A stretch of 63,950 nucleotides of DNA, counting the filler, from Octopus bimaculoides (taxonomy: Eukaryota): the NCBI RefSeq assembly GCF_001194135.2. It is 8 parts of 7 records of this genome, joined end to end, with 100 filler letters (N's around TTAATTAATTAA, not from the genome) between each part and the next. Parts side by side here need not be neighbours in the genome. Positions count along the whole stretch, not along the records: positions 1 to 5,889 come from NC_068991.1; positions 5,990 to 10,913 come from NC_068981.1; positions 11,014 to 21,652 come from NC_068996.1; 5 more parts are not named here. One strand, 5' to 3'. Below the pieces are notes generated by a model. That model was not told where the DNA came from. It saw nothing but the letters and a program-made list of their open reading frames with translations, and did not search any database. Shown piece after piece: positions 1-13,755 of the stretch (the stretch's first letter is position 1; each line of letters begins with the position of its first letter). The position numbers and the translations under genes were made by a program.

Positions 1-330
1 ACTCGCGGTCGTGTCCCAGGATCGCGGTTACGATTCCCAGATGGGGCGTTGTGAGTGTTTATTGAAAGAAAACACCTAAAATCTCCGCGAGGCTCCGGCA
101 GAGGATGGTGGCGAACCCTACCGTACTTTTTCTCTCACTCTCTCTTCCTCTTTCTGTTGTACCTGTATTTCAAAGGGACCAGCCTGTGTCACCCTGAATA
201 TCCCCAAGAACTACGTTAAGGGTACACGTGTCTGTGGAGTGCTCAGCCACTTGCACGTTAATTTCACGAGCAGGCTGTTCCGTTGATCGGATCAACTGGA
301 ACCCTCGACGTCGTAAGCGACGGAGTGCCA
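1..330 (+). mobile_element. tRNA-derived SINE family A, cut by the window edge
   Basis: Colinear with about 20244-20590. Confidence 0.85.
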
Positions 331-760
331 CGTTAAATATATATATGTGTGTGTGTGTGGAGTGTGTGTGTGTGTACATATATATGTATATAATTATACG
401 TACACACACACACACACACACACACACAATTTAGCTTTACATTTCCCAACAGAAAATGTAAGACATTAAGAAACTAAATACCAAAAGTCACACGAAGTGG
501 AAACAGCAGAAGAAAACTCCGAAGGAGTGTGCAAAATCCATTTGGTTCCATATTGCAACGAAATGTCCATACTCAAGGGGAAGGCCGGACAGACATTTGG
601 ACAGGGTCCAACGGAAAAGATAATAATTTTCATGTTTGATAAATAGCCTCGCTTGCGACTGTTATATTTCATTAGTTGATGATATCAATGTATGTGAATA
701 TATATATATAATTATATACTTTCTCTATCACACACAGGCACACGAAAAAGTCCCTCAAGA

Positions 761-815
<55 letters not shown>

Positions 816-1106
816 GTCTGTGGGTATTATATATATGCACAACACACACGCACACATACACACACATATATATGTATATACAGATACACACACATACACA
901 TTTAATACGTACACATACACATGCAAACTATCGCACTATATGTATACGTAGACATGTATACACACATATACACATATACACATATGCATATGTATATCTT
1001 TCTCTCTGTATATGTATATGCATATATATGACTTTATATATATATACATCCATACATAAACACACACACGCACACACACACACACACGCATACACACACG
1101 CATACA

Positions 1107-1154
<48 letters not shown>

Positions 1155-2007
1155 NNNNNNNNNNNNNNNNNNNNNNNNNNNNNNNNNNNNNNNNNNNNNN
1201 NNNNNNNNNNNNNNNNNNNNNNNNNNNNNNNNNNNNNNNNNNNNNNNNNNNNNNNNNNNNNNNNNNNNNNNNNNNNNNNNNNNNNNNNNNNNNNNNNNNN
1301 NNNNNNNNNNNNNNNNNNNNNNNNNNNNNNNNNNNNNNNNNNNNNNNNNNNNNNNNNNNNNNNNNNNNNNNNNNNNNNNNNNNNNNNNNNNNNNNNNNNN
1401 NNNNNNNNNNNNNNNNNNNNNNNNNNNNNNNNNNNNNNNNNNNNNNNNNNNNNNNNNNNNNNNNNNNNNNNNNNNNNNNNNNNNNNNNNATATGTCTATA
1501 ATTACATATATATGGACACATAAATACATTTACACCTCTCACTCGTATATATGTATATATGCGTTGAGGTGAGGGGGCTGGAGTGAAATAAGAATATAAA
1601 AAAAAAAAACAGCATTCAACTCAAAATAAAACATGTGTTGTATATATTTTCCCCTGGAACAGATTGATGTTTCCAGTAGAGATACGGTTATTAAAATATA
1701 CAACCGTACAACACCCTTGTCAGCAGGCGTTTGACAGACACGCATGACAATGTTTCTGGTTTTCTTTAAACACATGTTGTTTGTACAAACAAGTAGAACC
1801 ACTACAGATATTCAACAACAGAACTGTTTAGAGTACAGTTTCTCGGTGTGTGAAGTTTAGGTTGAGCAGAGCTTTCGTTTCGTAACACTTTGATAGTAAT
1901 CATAGGAATATTCACTTCTCAAAAGAAGCTTACTTCCAAGCATACATGGTCCCGGGTTCAGTCCCACTGCGTAGCACCTTGGGCAAGAGTGGCCAATAAA
2001 AGAATGT

Positions 2008-2110
<103 letters not shown>

Positions 2111-2568
2111 NNNNNNNNNNNNNNNNNNNNNNNNNNNNNNNNNNNNNNNNNNNNNNNNNNNNNNNNNNNNNNNNNNNNNNNNNNNNNNNNNNNNNNNNNN
2201 NNNNNNNNNNNNNNNNNNNNNNNNNNNNNNNNNNNNNNNNNNNNNNNNNNNNNNNNNNNNNNNNNNNNNNNNNNNNNNNNNNNNNNNNNNNNNNNNNNNN
2301 NNNNNNNNNNNNNNNNNNNNNNNNNNNNNNNNNNNNNNNNNNNNNNNNNNNNNNNNNNNNNNNNNNNNNNNNNNNNNNNNNNNNNNNNNNNNNNNNNNNN
2401 NNNNNNNNNNNNNNNNNNNNNNNNNNNNNNNNNNNAAAATACTTTATAATAATAATAATAATAATGAAAATGACCTATGAACATTTCGATGCAATATCCA
2501 GAACGATTCATGCATATTATAAAATATAAAATATTATAAAATATGGGATACCACATCTCATCGGGGCC

Positions 2569-2626
<58 letters not shown>

Positions 2627-3186
2627 GCAGACAATAAAAATAGAAAACATTCATATACAATTTTCATAGTTGACCCATATATATATAAATACACACACAC
2701 GCACACACATATCTCAGAGGAAATAGAAGACACGCTAGGCGCACGACAAAATTACCGTATTCATTGCAGTTCTTAACGCTATGTACATAACACTCCTTCT
2801 GCAGCGTGACCGGGTAGGACTCAATGCAGTCAGCATAGAGCTGTTGCATAATATGAAGGCTGCGTCTACTTTGAGACAAAAACACAAAACATGGCGACAT
2901 TAGTCTTTTGTACCATTAAGACGAATTATTAATATTTTTTTTCTTTTGCTTGGGATGGGTATATTCTTAAAGAAAATACCCAGATATTAATGTTTGATGT
3001 TGTTGTCAATGACGGTTACTTGTCGGAAGCACTCACCACAGTAGAGCCGTATGAGTGGAAATGAACGCGCTAGGTGTGCTGCAAAATAGCCATATTGGTT
3101 GGCGTTCTTAACACTGTTTACGTTAAACACCCTGTATTATATAAATGACTTAAGTGAACTGACATTTGAAAATAAAAGCAAGGTTA

Positions 3187-3257
<71 letters not shown>

Positions 3258-4184
3258 CATACAAACACACACACATATACATATATATTAACCTTTTCAT
3301 TTTCAAAGTCAGTTCAGTTAAGCCATGTATATGTGTGTGTATATTATATGTATAAATAAATATATATATATATGTATGCGTGTATATTGTATATATTTTC
3401 ATATATATATATATATGTATATTTATATGTATGTATATGTATGTATAAGTATATATATATATATATNNNNNNNNNNNNNNNNNNNNNNNNNNTAAGAATT
3501 TATCAAGTAATATATGTATATATACATTTATATATATGTAGTATAATATAAGGATAAATACCTTATAAGAATTTATCAAGTAATATATGTATATATATAT
3601 ATATCCCAAAATGAATCATATTTTAAGCGGACTTATAATTGTGAAGAAAAGAAAAACTTTAATGTCTAAATAGCTAAAACTGTATGTCACACCTTCAGTG
3701 AGAACAATAGGTAAAATTCACTGAATGCACACACATTGAATATTGAGATATAGAAATCTTTGATGATAGCAGGGATTCTTTCATTTGCAGCGCAGAGACT
3801 TCTCCGTCTTAATGATCCATTTTCAAACAACAACAATAACGAAAACGAAAGCAAAAAGCAACACCAACAACAGCAACACCAACAAAAACAACAGTAACAG
3901 CAGTATACGAATTTTAAGCGACATTTTTTCTTCAAGAAAAAGTTAAATGACGCGTTAAACTAAAAATATTTCCCATTGATATACATCCAAGAAGCTAAGA
4001 CGCTCGAAACATCGATGTCTGGGAATCCGACAGGTGGCAGCACTGGACAGATATGGTGCTTTTACACCATTTTTACCATAAAAGAGAACTTTTCTCCACG
4101 GTAGCTGCAGTAAATTTACCTTTAGCAGTTAAAATATGTCGCAAACATATTCTAGCTAACCTAAAGTTCGCTTATGCACAAACA

Positions 4185-4510
4185 CTGTTTGGCGCGAACG
4201 TTGGCTCACAATCATGAAGTAATGAGAGCGATTCTCGGACCGGGTTGTCTGTTGTGTTCTTGAGCAAAACTTTTTTTCACGTTGCCTTTGTTTACTCAGC
4301 CGTAGAAATGAGTTGCGATGTCACTGGTGCCAAGCTGTATAATCTTTTGCCTTTTCCCTTAGACAACATCGGTGGCGTGGAGAGGGGATGCTGGTACGCA
4401 TGAGCGACTTCTGGTTTTCCTTAAACAACCTTGCCCGGACTTGTACCACCTCCGAGGGGTACTTCTAGGTGCAATCCTATGGACATTTGTAACCGAAGGG
4501 GTCTTTACCA
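4185..4510 (+). mobile_element. SINE family B, diverged copy
   Basis: Shares CACAATCATGA, CTCAGCCGTAGAAATGAGTTG and AAACAACCTTGCC blocks with 13914-14247. Confidence 0.75.
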
Positions 4511-4669
4511 TATATATATTCAATTTAACATGAATCTCTTGACAGAACACCGAATATTGCATGGATTGGATCTGTAGTCTTCGAATTAGCTTTCTCTCTT
4601 CTGGCTTTGAGAAACCTAATTTCTCAAGATTAGTGTGCAGGCAGTGTGTTACATATCTCAGGGCTCCAA

Positions 4670-4800
4670 TGTATGTATGTATGTATGTATGTATGTATGT
4701 ATGTATGTATGTATGTGTGTATGTATGTATGTATGTATGTATGTATGTATGTATGTGTGTATGTATGTATGTATGTATGTATGTATGTATGTATGTGTGT
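4670..4800. repeat. (TATG)n microsatellite
   Basis: Direct reading; one of dozens of CA, TA, GA, TATC, ATT and CTA tracts in the window. Confidence 0.95.
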
Positions 4801-4919
4801 GCGTATGTATGTTTGTATTCGTTTCTCTGTGCGTAAATGTGTGTATAGTTCTATATTTGCGTAAGTTGATTTGATTGTGTGTATAACCATACAAATATAC
4901 ATGTGTGTGTTTGTGTGTG

Positions 4920-4960
<41 letters not shown>

Positions 4961-5172
4961 TGTCCAGGATTGAATTCTTTTAATTTTGGATTCACACAAA
5001 AGAACAGAACCCTTAATGTACACATACGCACACAGTATATATATATGTATACACACACACATATATGTATACACACACACACACACACACACACATATGT
5101 ATGTATATATATGTATATAATCAAACAAATACGCATACACTTATCTATAAAGGTACACGCACACACACGCGC

Positions 5173-5215
<43 letters not shown>

Positions 5216-5831
5216 TATATATATATATATATATTCAAGTACACAAGTATATACATGCATATCTCTCTACATGTAATCTTATATGCATCCTACTCTTTGT
5301 CCATGTGTCTGCTTTTGTGCATGCATATATTTGCATGTTTGTGTACGCCTGTACCTGTGACTGAGCGTTTGTGTCTGTGTTTATACCCACACATGTGTGC
5401 CTGCGTGTATGTACGATTATTCCAAATATTCATATCGCAGATACACCCTGCAGCATGCGGTGTATTTCTTTTTTTCATAGAACTTCAGAGAAACTTAACA
5501 AGATCAGAGCTTAATGCTCCCTGTAGGCATTACACAAATGACATAACAAATGACCTTACCATGTAAAAAAGATAATAATAAACAAATACACAAACACAAA
5601 TAGAAATAACCGAAAATAACAACAACAACAGCAACAACAACTAGTACTACAAAAATTGATACAGTGACATTATTGACAACGGCGGCATTGAATGCAACGT
5701 GGAATTCACCGACAATAACAACAATAAGGATGAAATTGAGATCGTCAAAATTATCAGCATCACCATTTATAAGAACACCGAAAGAGAGCAAACGGAGAGC
5801 AAATTATTGCATTGATGGTCATCATGTTGCT

Positions 5832-5889
<58 letters not shown>

Positions 5890-5989
5890 NNNNNNNNNNN
5901 NNNNNNNNNNNNNNNNNNNNNNNNNNNNNNNNNTTAATTAATTAANNNNNNNNNNNNNNNNNNNNNNNNNNNNNNNNNNNNNNNNNNNN
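5890..5989. other. Artificial 100-bp gap marker (N44-TTAATTAATTAA-N44); recurs near 10914, 21653, 31537, 35258, 57682 and 61467
   Basis: An identical palindromic six-frame-stop 12-mer centred in equal N runs at seven sites. Confidence 0.9.
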
Positions 5990-6336
5990 TGGCACATGAG
6001 ATGCACCATTTTGAGCGTGGCCGTTGCCAGTACCGCCTGACTGGCTCCTGTAGGATTTTCGAGCGAGATCGTTGCCAGTGCCCCTGGACTGGCTTGTGCG
6101 GGTGGCACATAAAAGACACCATTTCGAGCGTGGCCGTTTTCGTGCGGGTGACACGTAAAAGCACCCACTACACTCTCTGAGTGGTTGGCGTTAGGAAGGG
6201 CATCCAGCTGTAGAAACTCTGCCAAATCAGACTGGAGCCTGGTGTTGCCATCCGGTTTCACCAGTCCTCAGTCAAATCGTCCAACCCATGCTAGCATGGA
6301 AAGCGGACGTTAAACGATGATGATGATGATGATGAT
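5990..6336 (+). mobile_element. RTE-type 3' end with (GAT)n tail
   Basis: GAGTGGTTGGCGTTAGGAAGGGCATCCAGCTGTAGAAAC...GCATGGAAAGCGGACGTTAAAC(GAT)n, the same as the 3' UTR of the RTE at 39624-39800. Further copies at about 9085-9288 (+), 10706-10913 (-), 37620-37708 (+), 38243-38400 (-) and 56311-56560 (-). Confidence 0.85.
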
Positions 6337-7439
6337 ATCAACATTTGGTTGGTTGTTCACCCAAAATGTTAAAAAACTACAACATGCACTAATCATCATC
6401 AAGCATAAAACACATAATATTGTCATCTATGAGTGTGCAAAAACATGTGGATGTTTATCTTGTTATAGCATATTAGAAATATGAAAAAGATATTCAGTTA
6501 CATGAATAACAATGAAATAGTTGGTTTCAGAATTTACTGCTGATTTATCTGAAGACTCTTAAAGCAACCTGTAACATGATTTACAAAGGTAGCATAATGA
6601 TACAACTTTTAAATAACAGACCAAATTGTATAGTCACAAATGTAGATCTAACAAAGGCTAACAAGCTAACAATATTTGAAGCACTACAGAATGATAACCA
6701 AACAGATCAAAGTGTGAAAGTGTATTTAATGTACACGACACTCCTTCATTATTCTAATGTTTCTGACTTTAGGCTGTGTCCATGTTAGGGCATCACCTAC
6801 AAGCATTTTAGCTGATTAGGTTGACCCCAATAATTTGTCTGGTATTTAATTTATCAATATCTATTTATTGAGCAGCTAAATCCTCCTTCTGTGCAAATGG
6901 ATGTAACTTAAAAAGAATATATACTACAAGGTGTTCAATGCATTGATTTATTGGTTATTCTTTACAAACACATGCATGCACACACATATACAAGTGCATG
7001 CACCCACATGTGCATGCACACACACACATACACACACACAGAGTGTCTTTTAGCACATTTCCATCTACTAAATCTCACTATAAAGTATTGGTTTCCCAAG
7101 GTGCCAGTCAAAAGGATTGATAGCAGAGTTATGTGGTTGTAAAGTAACATTTTAAAACTATACAGCTATGCTTGCTCCTATGTTCTGATATAACTGTATC
7201 CCTTTAGACTTATAACATTAAACTCTCAAATGCCTAATGAATGTGACACTAATTAGGCATGATGGTGAGACACAAATTACTGCTGCATGAATCTTCCTTT
7301 TTTTTACTGGATATTATTGACTGTTATTGACTTTTTAATTTTATATTATCAATAAATCCAAACTTACATGACTTGGAATTTCTGTAAATTTTAATTTTTA
7401 ACAAAAGTTTCATCATTCTGTTTGAAGAAATTAAATTTA

Positions 7440-9460
7440 TGGCCTTTGCTGGCTCTCCAAAACTGGCGAAACTGAAGCTGTTAACATTGCTCTTGAACAC
7501 TTGCAAATTGATAATTGCAGAAAAATATGTGCAAGGACAGAATTCCAAAAGGAGGATAATGTGTGATTGGGTTTGTGCAAAACCTAGAGGATAGCTACAA
7601 AATGGGTGATGACAGCAGAGATGAGTGAACTGGGAGTGCCTGAGTAAAGATGGTACAAGTCCATTCTGTTGTAAGTATCTGGATCAATTCTCTGATTTGG
7701 GGACACTTTAAATTCCTCCTCCCACTCGTCTCCAAGGAGCAGAAGCCATTATAGTAGTAATAGAAACATTAGAGAGAGGAGACAACAATGTGAGTGATGA
7801 CTTCATGTCTTTCTTTTGTATGCAGTTAATGATGTCTGTATGTGTGTGTAGCTTCAGATGTAGTGGACTTATCTATCACTCAGTTTAACAGTGTCATCTA
7901 GTCCTTGGGTGGCTTTAGCAGAATCCACTTTGCCTGATATGAGGACATCTTAATCCTCCCATCCACCAGTCTCAGAAGTCTTGTAATGATTATGGGTATT
8001 GCCCTTTACTATTAAGTAAAATTTTTTATAAAATACACTATTATGGGTTTCACTTGGGCATTGTTGAGAATTAGTGGTTGAATGGTTGATGACTGAATTA
8101 TTTCCAAGTCTTTAGGATGCAGTCTTTGTTATATTATTGAGTATGTATTCTTTAGGAGAGCTGCTCAGTGATAATGAGGTCCATATTTATAGCAATGTTG
8201 AGGGCTCTAGTTGTGTGCTATTCATGTTTGGGGAGCTGGTGCAATTTTTTATTGATATGTACAATGACTGTGTCATTTTGTTGTTGAGGGAGACAAGAGT
8301 GACATGATCTCTTCAGAGGATGTTTTTGTGCTCTTCATTAATGGAGTGAGAACAATTTTGGCATGGATGTCTAAGCTACATGTGGATGATGCTAAGGTGC
8401 AGAAAATTAATGAACAGTGAAGGCAGGTATCATGTGCACAAGACTGAGTGTTGTTGGAAGTGATGGCAAGTAGGTAATTGATATATACAGAAAGAAGGGT
8501 GTAGGGAATAAAACCAAACCTTAGGGCCCACCAAAGTGGAGAGGGGGAGTGAGAGAGAGAAAAAGAAAAGGAGAGAAACTGAGACTTGAGAATTTGGTGA
8601 GGCTATGTTTTAGTCCTATTATTTAATGTTTGAGGGTAATGGCAAGGACAGTGTTAAATCTGGTGGCCTTGTTGGTCAAATACAAGTAAAAATGTTTTCA
8701 CACTTTATATATATATTTAAATGGTGTTGAGGCTGGCGGAGTAGAAATCAAAAGTTTTGGAGAGATTCATCAAATATATGCCATGGAGAATGGGTTATAA
8801 AGCAAACAGTGAATGTGGAAGTTTCCTTCCTAGGAGTACTGCTTATAGAACCCTCATGGTTGAGAAGTGAAAGCTAAGAGGATTCCACAAAGTTGGTAGA
8901 GATCCTTGTGGTAAGGGGCCAAAATGATTGACTGCAATTTGGGAGACAAGAGAGTTAGTCAACACAGTGTGAAACCCAAAAGTATCCTTCACAGTTTGGA
9001 TGATGACTTGTATAGGAATTGTAGCTTTGGGTAAAGTTCAGTCAGACAGTATTGACAGATAGGTGATTTACTTCAAGTTGCCAGTACTGCCTGACTGTCA
9101 CTCATGCCAGTGGCACCTAAAAGCACCCACTACTCTCGGAGTGGTTGGCGTTAGGAAGGGCATCCAGCTGTAGAAACTCTGCTAGATCAGATTGGAGCCT
9201 GGTGCAGCCATCTGGCTCACTACTCTCCAGTCAAACTGTCCAACCCATGCCAACATGGAAAGCGGATGTTAAACGATGGTGATGATTACATGCTGACTTA
9301 AAGTACAGTATGGTCTGAGAAGTTAGAGGGTTTTGTGTCATATGCAGATATATGGCGAGTAGTTGTGATAATGTCGAAATTGGACAACCTCAAAAGTGCA
9401 GAGATGATGATGGTTTGAGTGGAGTTAGGTTCTGAGATGAGAAAGAGATCAAGGACATTT
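7440..9460 (-). mobile_element. Old CR1-group LINE RT and C-terminal remnant
   Basis: Decayed minus-strand motifs resembling P.LF..YINDL...ADD (about 8420-8540) and WNS..AHIF.AIINLQVFKSNVN (7480-7545); interrupted by an RTE-type 3' end near 9085-9288. Confidence 0.55.
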
Positions 9461-11024
9461 ATAGTGTTTGTGTGTTGGTTTTGAAATGTTCAATTAACAT
9501 ATGTAAATGTGTGTGTGTGTGTGTGTATAAATGTGTGTTAATTATTAATTGCATACACACCTTTGATCACATTGTTACATAAACATATTCATATACATAA
9601 CATCACAACTTACATTGTTGGCTCTAAATTGTATAGAAAATCTGTAGAGATAAATTAAAAAAAATATATGTGTATATAAGTATATGTACTTGTATACGTA
9701 TATGAGTATATATGCCTATACATATGCATATATGTGTTCATGAGTGTGTTGTATATATGGGTGTATACATATGTACATACAGATGCACATACAGTGCACA
9801 CATATACACACAAATGCATGTACACTCATCCATTATTTTAAAAATATTACTTAAACAACAATGCAATTTCATGCGGCAAGTTACAAGAGTGACTTGTTTG
9901 TATGAAGTTTAATACATTGGAAGTATCCTCAAGAGAGCCAGAAATGAATTGAAAAATGTGAGCTTGAAACAGTCATTTTTCTATGCGTTGCTTTTGCATG
10001 TGTTGCTTATATATATACTAGTAGCTAAGCCTTGGATGATGCGGCTGTAAAACATGTTCTGTGTAAGCATTCGGCTTGTTTGGGCATGCTTACATTAAAA
10101 AAACAATTTTAGAATGACTTTTTTCTGTCAAAACACTAAAAATAACTGACCAACAAAAAAAAAACCAACCAAGATTCAATCAAATCAATAAATAAACCCA
10201 AATACTAAGCAAACAAAGATGAACCATCCCACTTCCATTGCGTGTGCGCACATGCACACACAAACACACACACATACATTCACAAACCCCCTTTTACATA
10301 CACACACATATATTCACACAGAGTTGAAATGCTGTTTGATTTATTTTTTCAGCGTGCAATTTTCATCATCCCACTACCAAGTATGATATCACCCCATCCT
10401 TCCTTATTCAGCTATCACCCCTTCTTTTCTCATCCATAAACACAAGAGTATTATTATAGTAGATTATCTTGGTAACCATGGGAGCTATGAAAAAAATACA
10501 AATCCCAGCATCACCACTGGATCATTCTACATGTGTGTAATTTTTCGCAGGCTCAAATTACCAGCAGAATGATCAGAAACATGTAACTTGGAGTACTGGT
10601 GTTATAAGCATTTCACTTAAAATGTATTAAAAAACATTTTACACTTATGTATTGAGTTCTGTAATTATTGCTTCTTGGCAAATCAACAGACATTTATATA
10701 TATATCATCATCATCATCATCATCATCATCATCGTTTAACGTCCGCTTTCCATGCTAGCATGGGTTGGACGATTTGACTGAGGACTGGTGAAACCGGATG
10801 GCAACACCAGGCTCCAGTCTGATTTGGCAGAGTTTCTACAGCTGGATGCCCTTCCTAACGCCAACCACTCAGAGAGTGTAGTGGGTGCTTTTACGTGTCA
10901 CCCGCACGAAAACNNNNNNNNNNNNNNNNNNNNNNNNNNNNNNNNNNNNNNNNNNNNTTAATTAATTAANNNNNNNNNNNNNNNNNNNNNNNNNNNNNNN
11001 NNNNNNNNNNNNNTGAAAATAGAC

Positions 11025-11653
11025 GCAATTTCGGCTGGTTATACTCGAGATTACTCCAATCTGGTCAGCCCCAAGGAAAAACTAAGCTAAGAGCATTAGA
11101 TTTCTTAGAAGAAAGCAGCGAATGTATGCGAAAACAAGGACGGAAAAAAACGGAGAAATGATACACAAATACAAATGCAAATAAAGGACATTAACAACAG
11201 GTGTCTTTCGACTAAGGACGAATTAAATTAAGCTGGCGTGTGTGGAAATGAAGCCTTATGGCAGGGACATAAGAGATGACAGGCATGGGGAGGAATATAG
11301 ATGTTGCAGGGATGGTAGTCGAACCAAGTAAGAAAGGTCAGGCTTGGCCGAACACCGGTCACGTGGAGAGAGAAGAGAGTGGTAGAGGCAGAGGGATGGG
11401 AGAATTAGGGAGGGACGAAGAAAAAGAAAAGGGACAGTGAGAGTGAAAGAGGAGGGAAGGTGAGAATGAAAAGAAAGCCAGGAAATGTGAGGGAGGGGGA
11501 ACGAAAGAAAGAAGAGGAAATGTGAGGAAGGCGAACGAAAGAAAGAAGTAAGTGTGTCGCTGCTTTCTTCCAAGGAATCTAGTGCTCTTAGATTAGTTTT
11601 CCTTTGGTGCTGGCCAGTTTGGAGTAATCTCGAGTATAACCAGCTGAAATTGC
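11025..11653. repeat. 97-bp inverted repeat pair (11025-11121 and 11557-11653)
   Basis: Ungapped manual alignment, 87/97 identical. Confidence 0.85.
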
Positions 11654-12109
11654 AAAGATAATCTGGAACTCGACTGAAGAAAGAAAACTCCGAATGACTC
11701 ATCCTTCTTTTTTTGTATCGTCTGTCTGAATGGTTTGTTGTCCCTTTTTTGTATCATCTAACTATCTGGATGTTTTGCGTTCTTGTCCCATTTTTGGTAT
11801 TCCTATATATATATATATATATATATATAGTTCAAAAAAACAATAACAAAAAAACAAAAAAACAACAAAGTGAGGACGTGATATGGATAGTATTATTGGA
11901 CGCTCAGGAAAGGAAAGAGAGACACATACACACCCACCCACGCATATTTATATATACAATGGGCATCTTTCAGTTTCCGACTACCAAATATATTCACAAT
12001 GCCTTGGTCAGCCCTGGGACTATAGCAGGAAATACTTGACCAAGGGTCCATGCTGTGGGACTGAATCCGAAAGCAGATGACTGCAAAAATTGTCACTAAT
12101 AATATAATT

Positions 12110-12500
12110 TCTACTCTAGTCACAAGGCCTGAAATTTGGTGGGAGGGGGCGAGTCGATTATATCGACCCCAGTACGCAACTGGTGCTTAATTTATCGACC
12201 CCGAAAGATGAAAGGCAAAGTCGACCTCGGCGGTATTTGAACTCAGAACGCAGCGACGAGCGAAATACCTATTTCGTTACTGCCCACAAGGGGCTAAACA
12301 TAGAGCGAACAAACAAGAACAGACGAACGGATTAAGTCGATTACATCGACTCCAGTGCGTAACTGGTACTTAATTTATCGACCCCGAAAGGATGAAAGGC
12401 AAAGTCGACCTCGGCGGAATTTGAACTCAGAACGTAACGGCAGACGAAATACCGCTAAGCATTTCGCCCGGCGTGCTAACGATTCTGCCAGCTCGCCGCC
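12110..12500 (-). mobile_element. SINE family D, dimeric copy
   Basis: Same two-unit layout as 32893-33268 on the minus strand; single-unit or partial copies at about 23095-23312, 25925-26042, 31320-31487 and 60925-61130. Confidence 0.8.
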
Positions 12501-13755
12501 TATTACTGTCACTAATAAGCCATTCTTTTTTTATGGGGGCGGTGGAGACGACATTTTAATAAATTAAAGTTAATTAGTTGGGTAATGCAGTAAGTGTATC
12601 TAATTTGACTAAATGAACAATAGTATATACAAATCATTAGCGTTACAAATCTTTTTATTTTTTTATTTTTTCTTTACTGAATGAAGGCTCAGAGTTTGCA
12701 TCCCGCTGTAGTCATATTCATTTTGAATCAATCCGTGGGTGCGTAAAAGAAATAAATAGCAGTCATCTACTGAGGTGAGCATAATCGACTCTTTTCTATC
12801 CACCTCTAAATTCCATGCTTTGTACTTAAGTTAAAAGTTTATCTCGAAGGAAGGGCAAGTACTAAATATCCTAATGTGTAGCGTAATGGTGCTGAAATTA
12901 TGATTCGGTTTCAATTTACCGTTGAAGCTATTTCCTACCATTATTCAAATCGGGAATGTTCTTAAAAACTATTTAAACATCACAACCATTTTCTTTTTAT
13001 TTGCTTGACTAAAAGGTGACGTTAAATGTCTACATTTGTACCTAAATTCCAATCACTTTCCAGTTCCATCCCCTTTCTTTATTTTCACATATAATTTCCT
13101 TTCATAGCTATACGCCTCTTAAGATTTTATCTATTTTATTTATTTATTTATCTCTCTATTTATTTGTTTTGCTATGCACAGGAACTCGGCTGTATGTTTT
13201 ACTATTTGCTTTTTCTTTGTGTGTTATTTTTGGAGGAAACTGATTTTTCGATGGTAACTAATCTCTGAGTTAAATATAACTTCTGGTCATTCTGGAGATG
13301 AAGTATCCACGGTTTTCCTGAAAATGGCGCATTGAACAGGGTCGATATATTTTCTGTCTCAGAATACTGTAGTTCTACAACAGTATACTGAAAGCCAACA
13401 CAATAATTATGAACTTTGTATATACTATAACCTGATAAATAACTGTACATATACACAGCAACATCTTAGAATGATAGTACAAACAAGAGTAAATAATTTA
13501 ACTGTAGACACAATACAACGTTGGTAATAAGATACGGACAGTGGTCAGTTGCTATTTCACGAGAGCTTTATTCCAGAATATTATTGCTACTTTTATTGTC
13601 GGTTCTGGAATTATGTAAACTACAGTAAACTAAGATAGGTTTTTAATTCATCCGGCTGGTGTTGTGCAGAACTAGTTGCCGCAGTAGGTCGGCACTTTAC
13701 ACCGTTCTTCTCTGTCTACACCAAATAAGTCGCTTTGCAAAGAAAGCTGCCACAA

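Noticed and set aside
4561-5566. Long ORFs rich in CV, HT, YI and MYVC repeats, here and elsewhere
   Set aside because: They are translations of CA, TA and TATG microsatellites.
5934-5945. Recurrent palindrome TTAATTAATTAA
   Set aside because: Always centred in N44 flanks and has stops in all six frames: an assembly linker, not biology.
13202-13456. 84-aa non-repetitive minus-strand ORF with an acceptor-like site
   Set aside because: No convincing donor and no recognisable motif.
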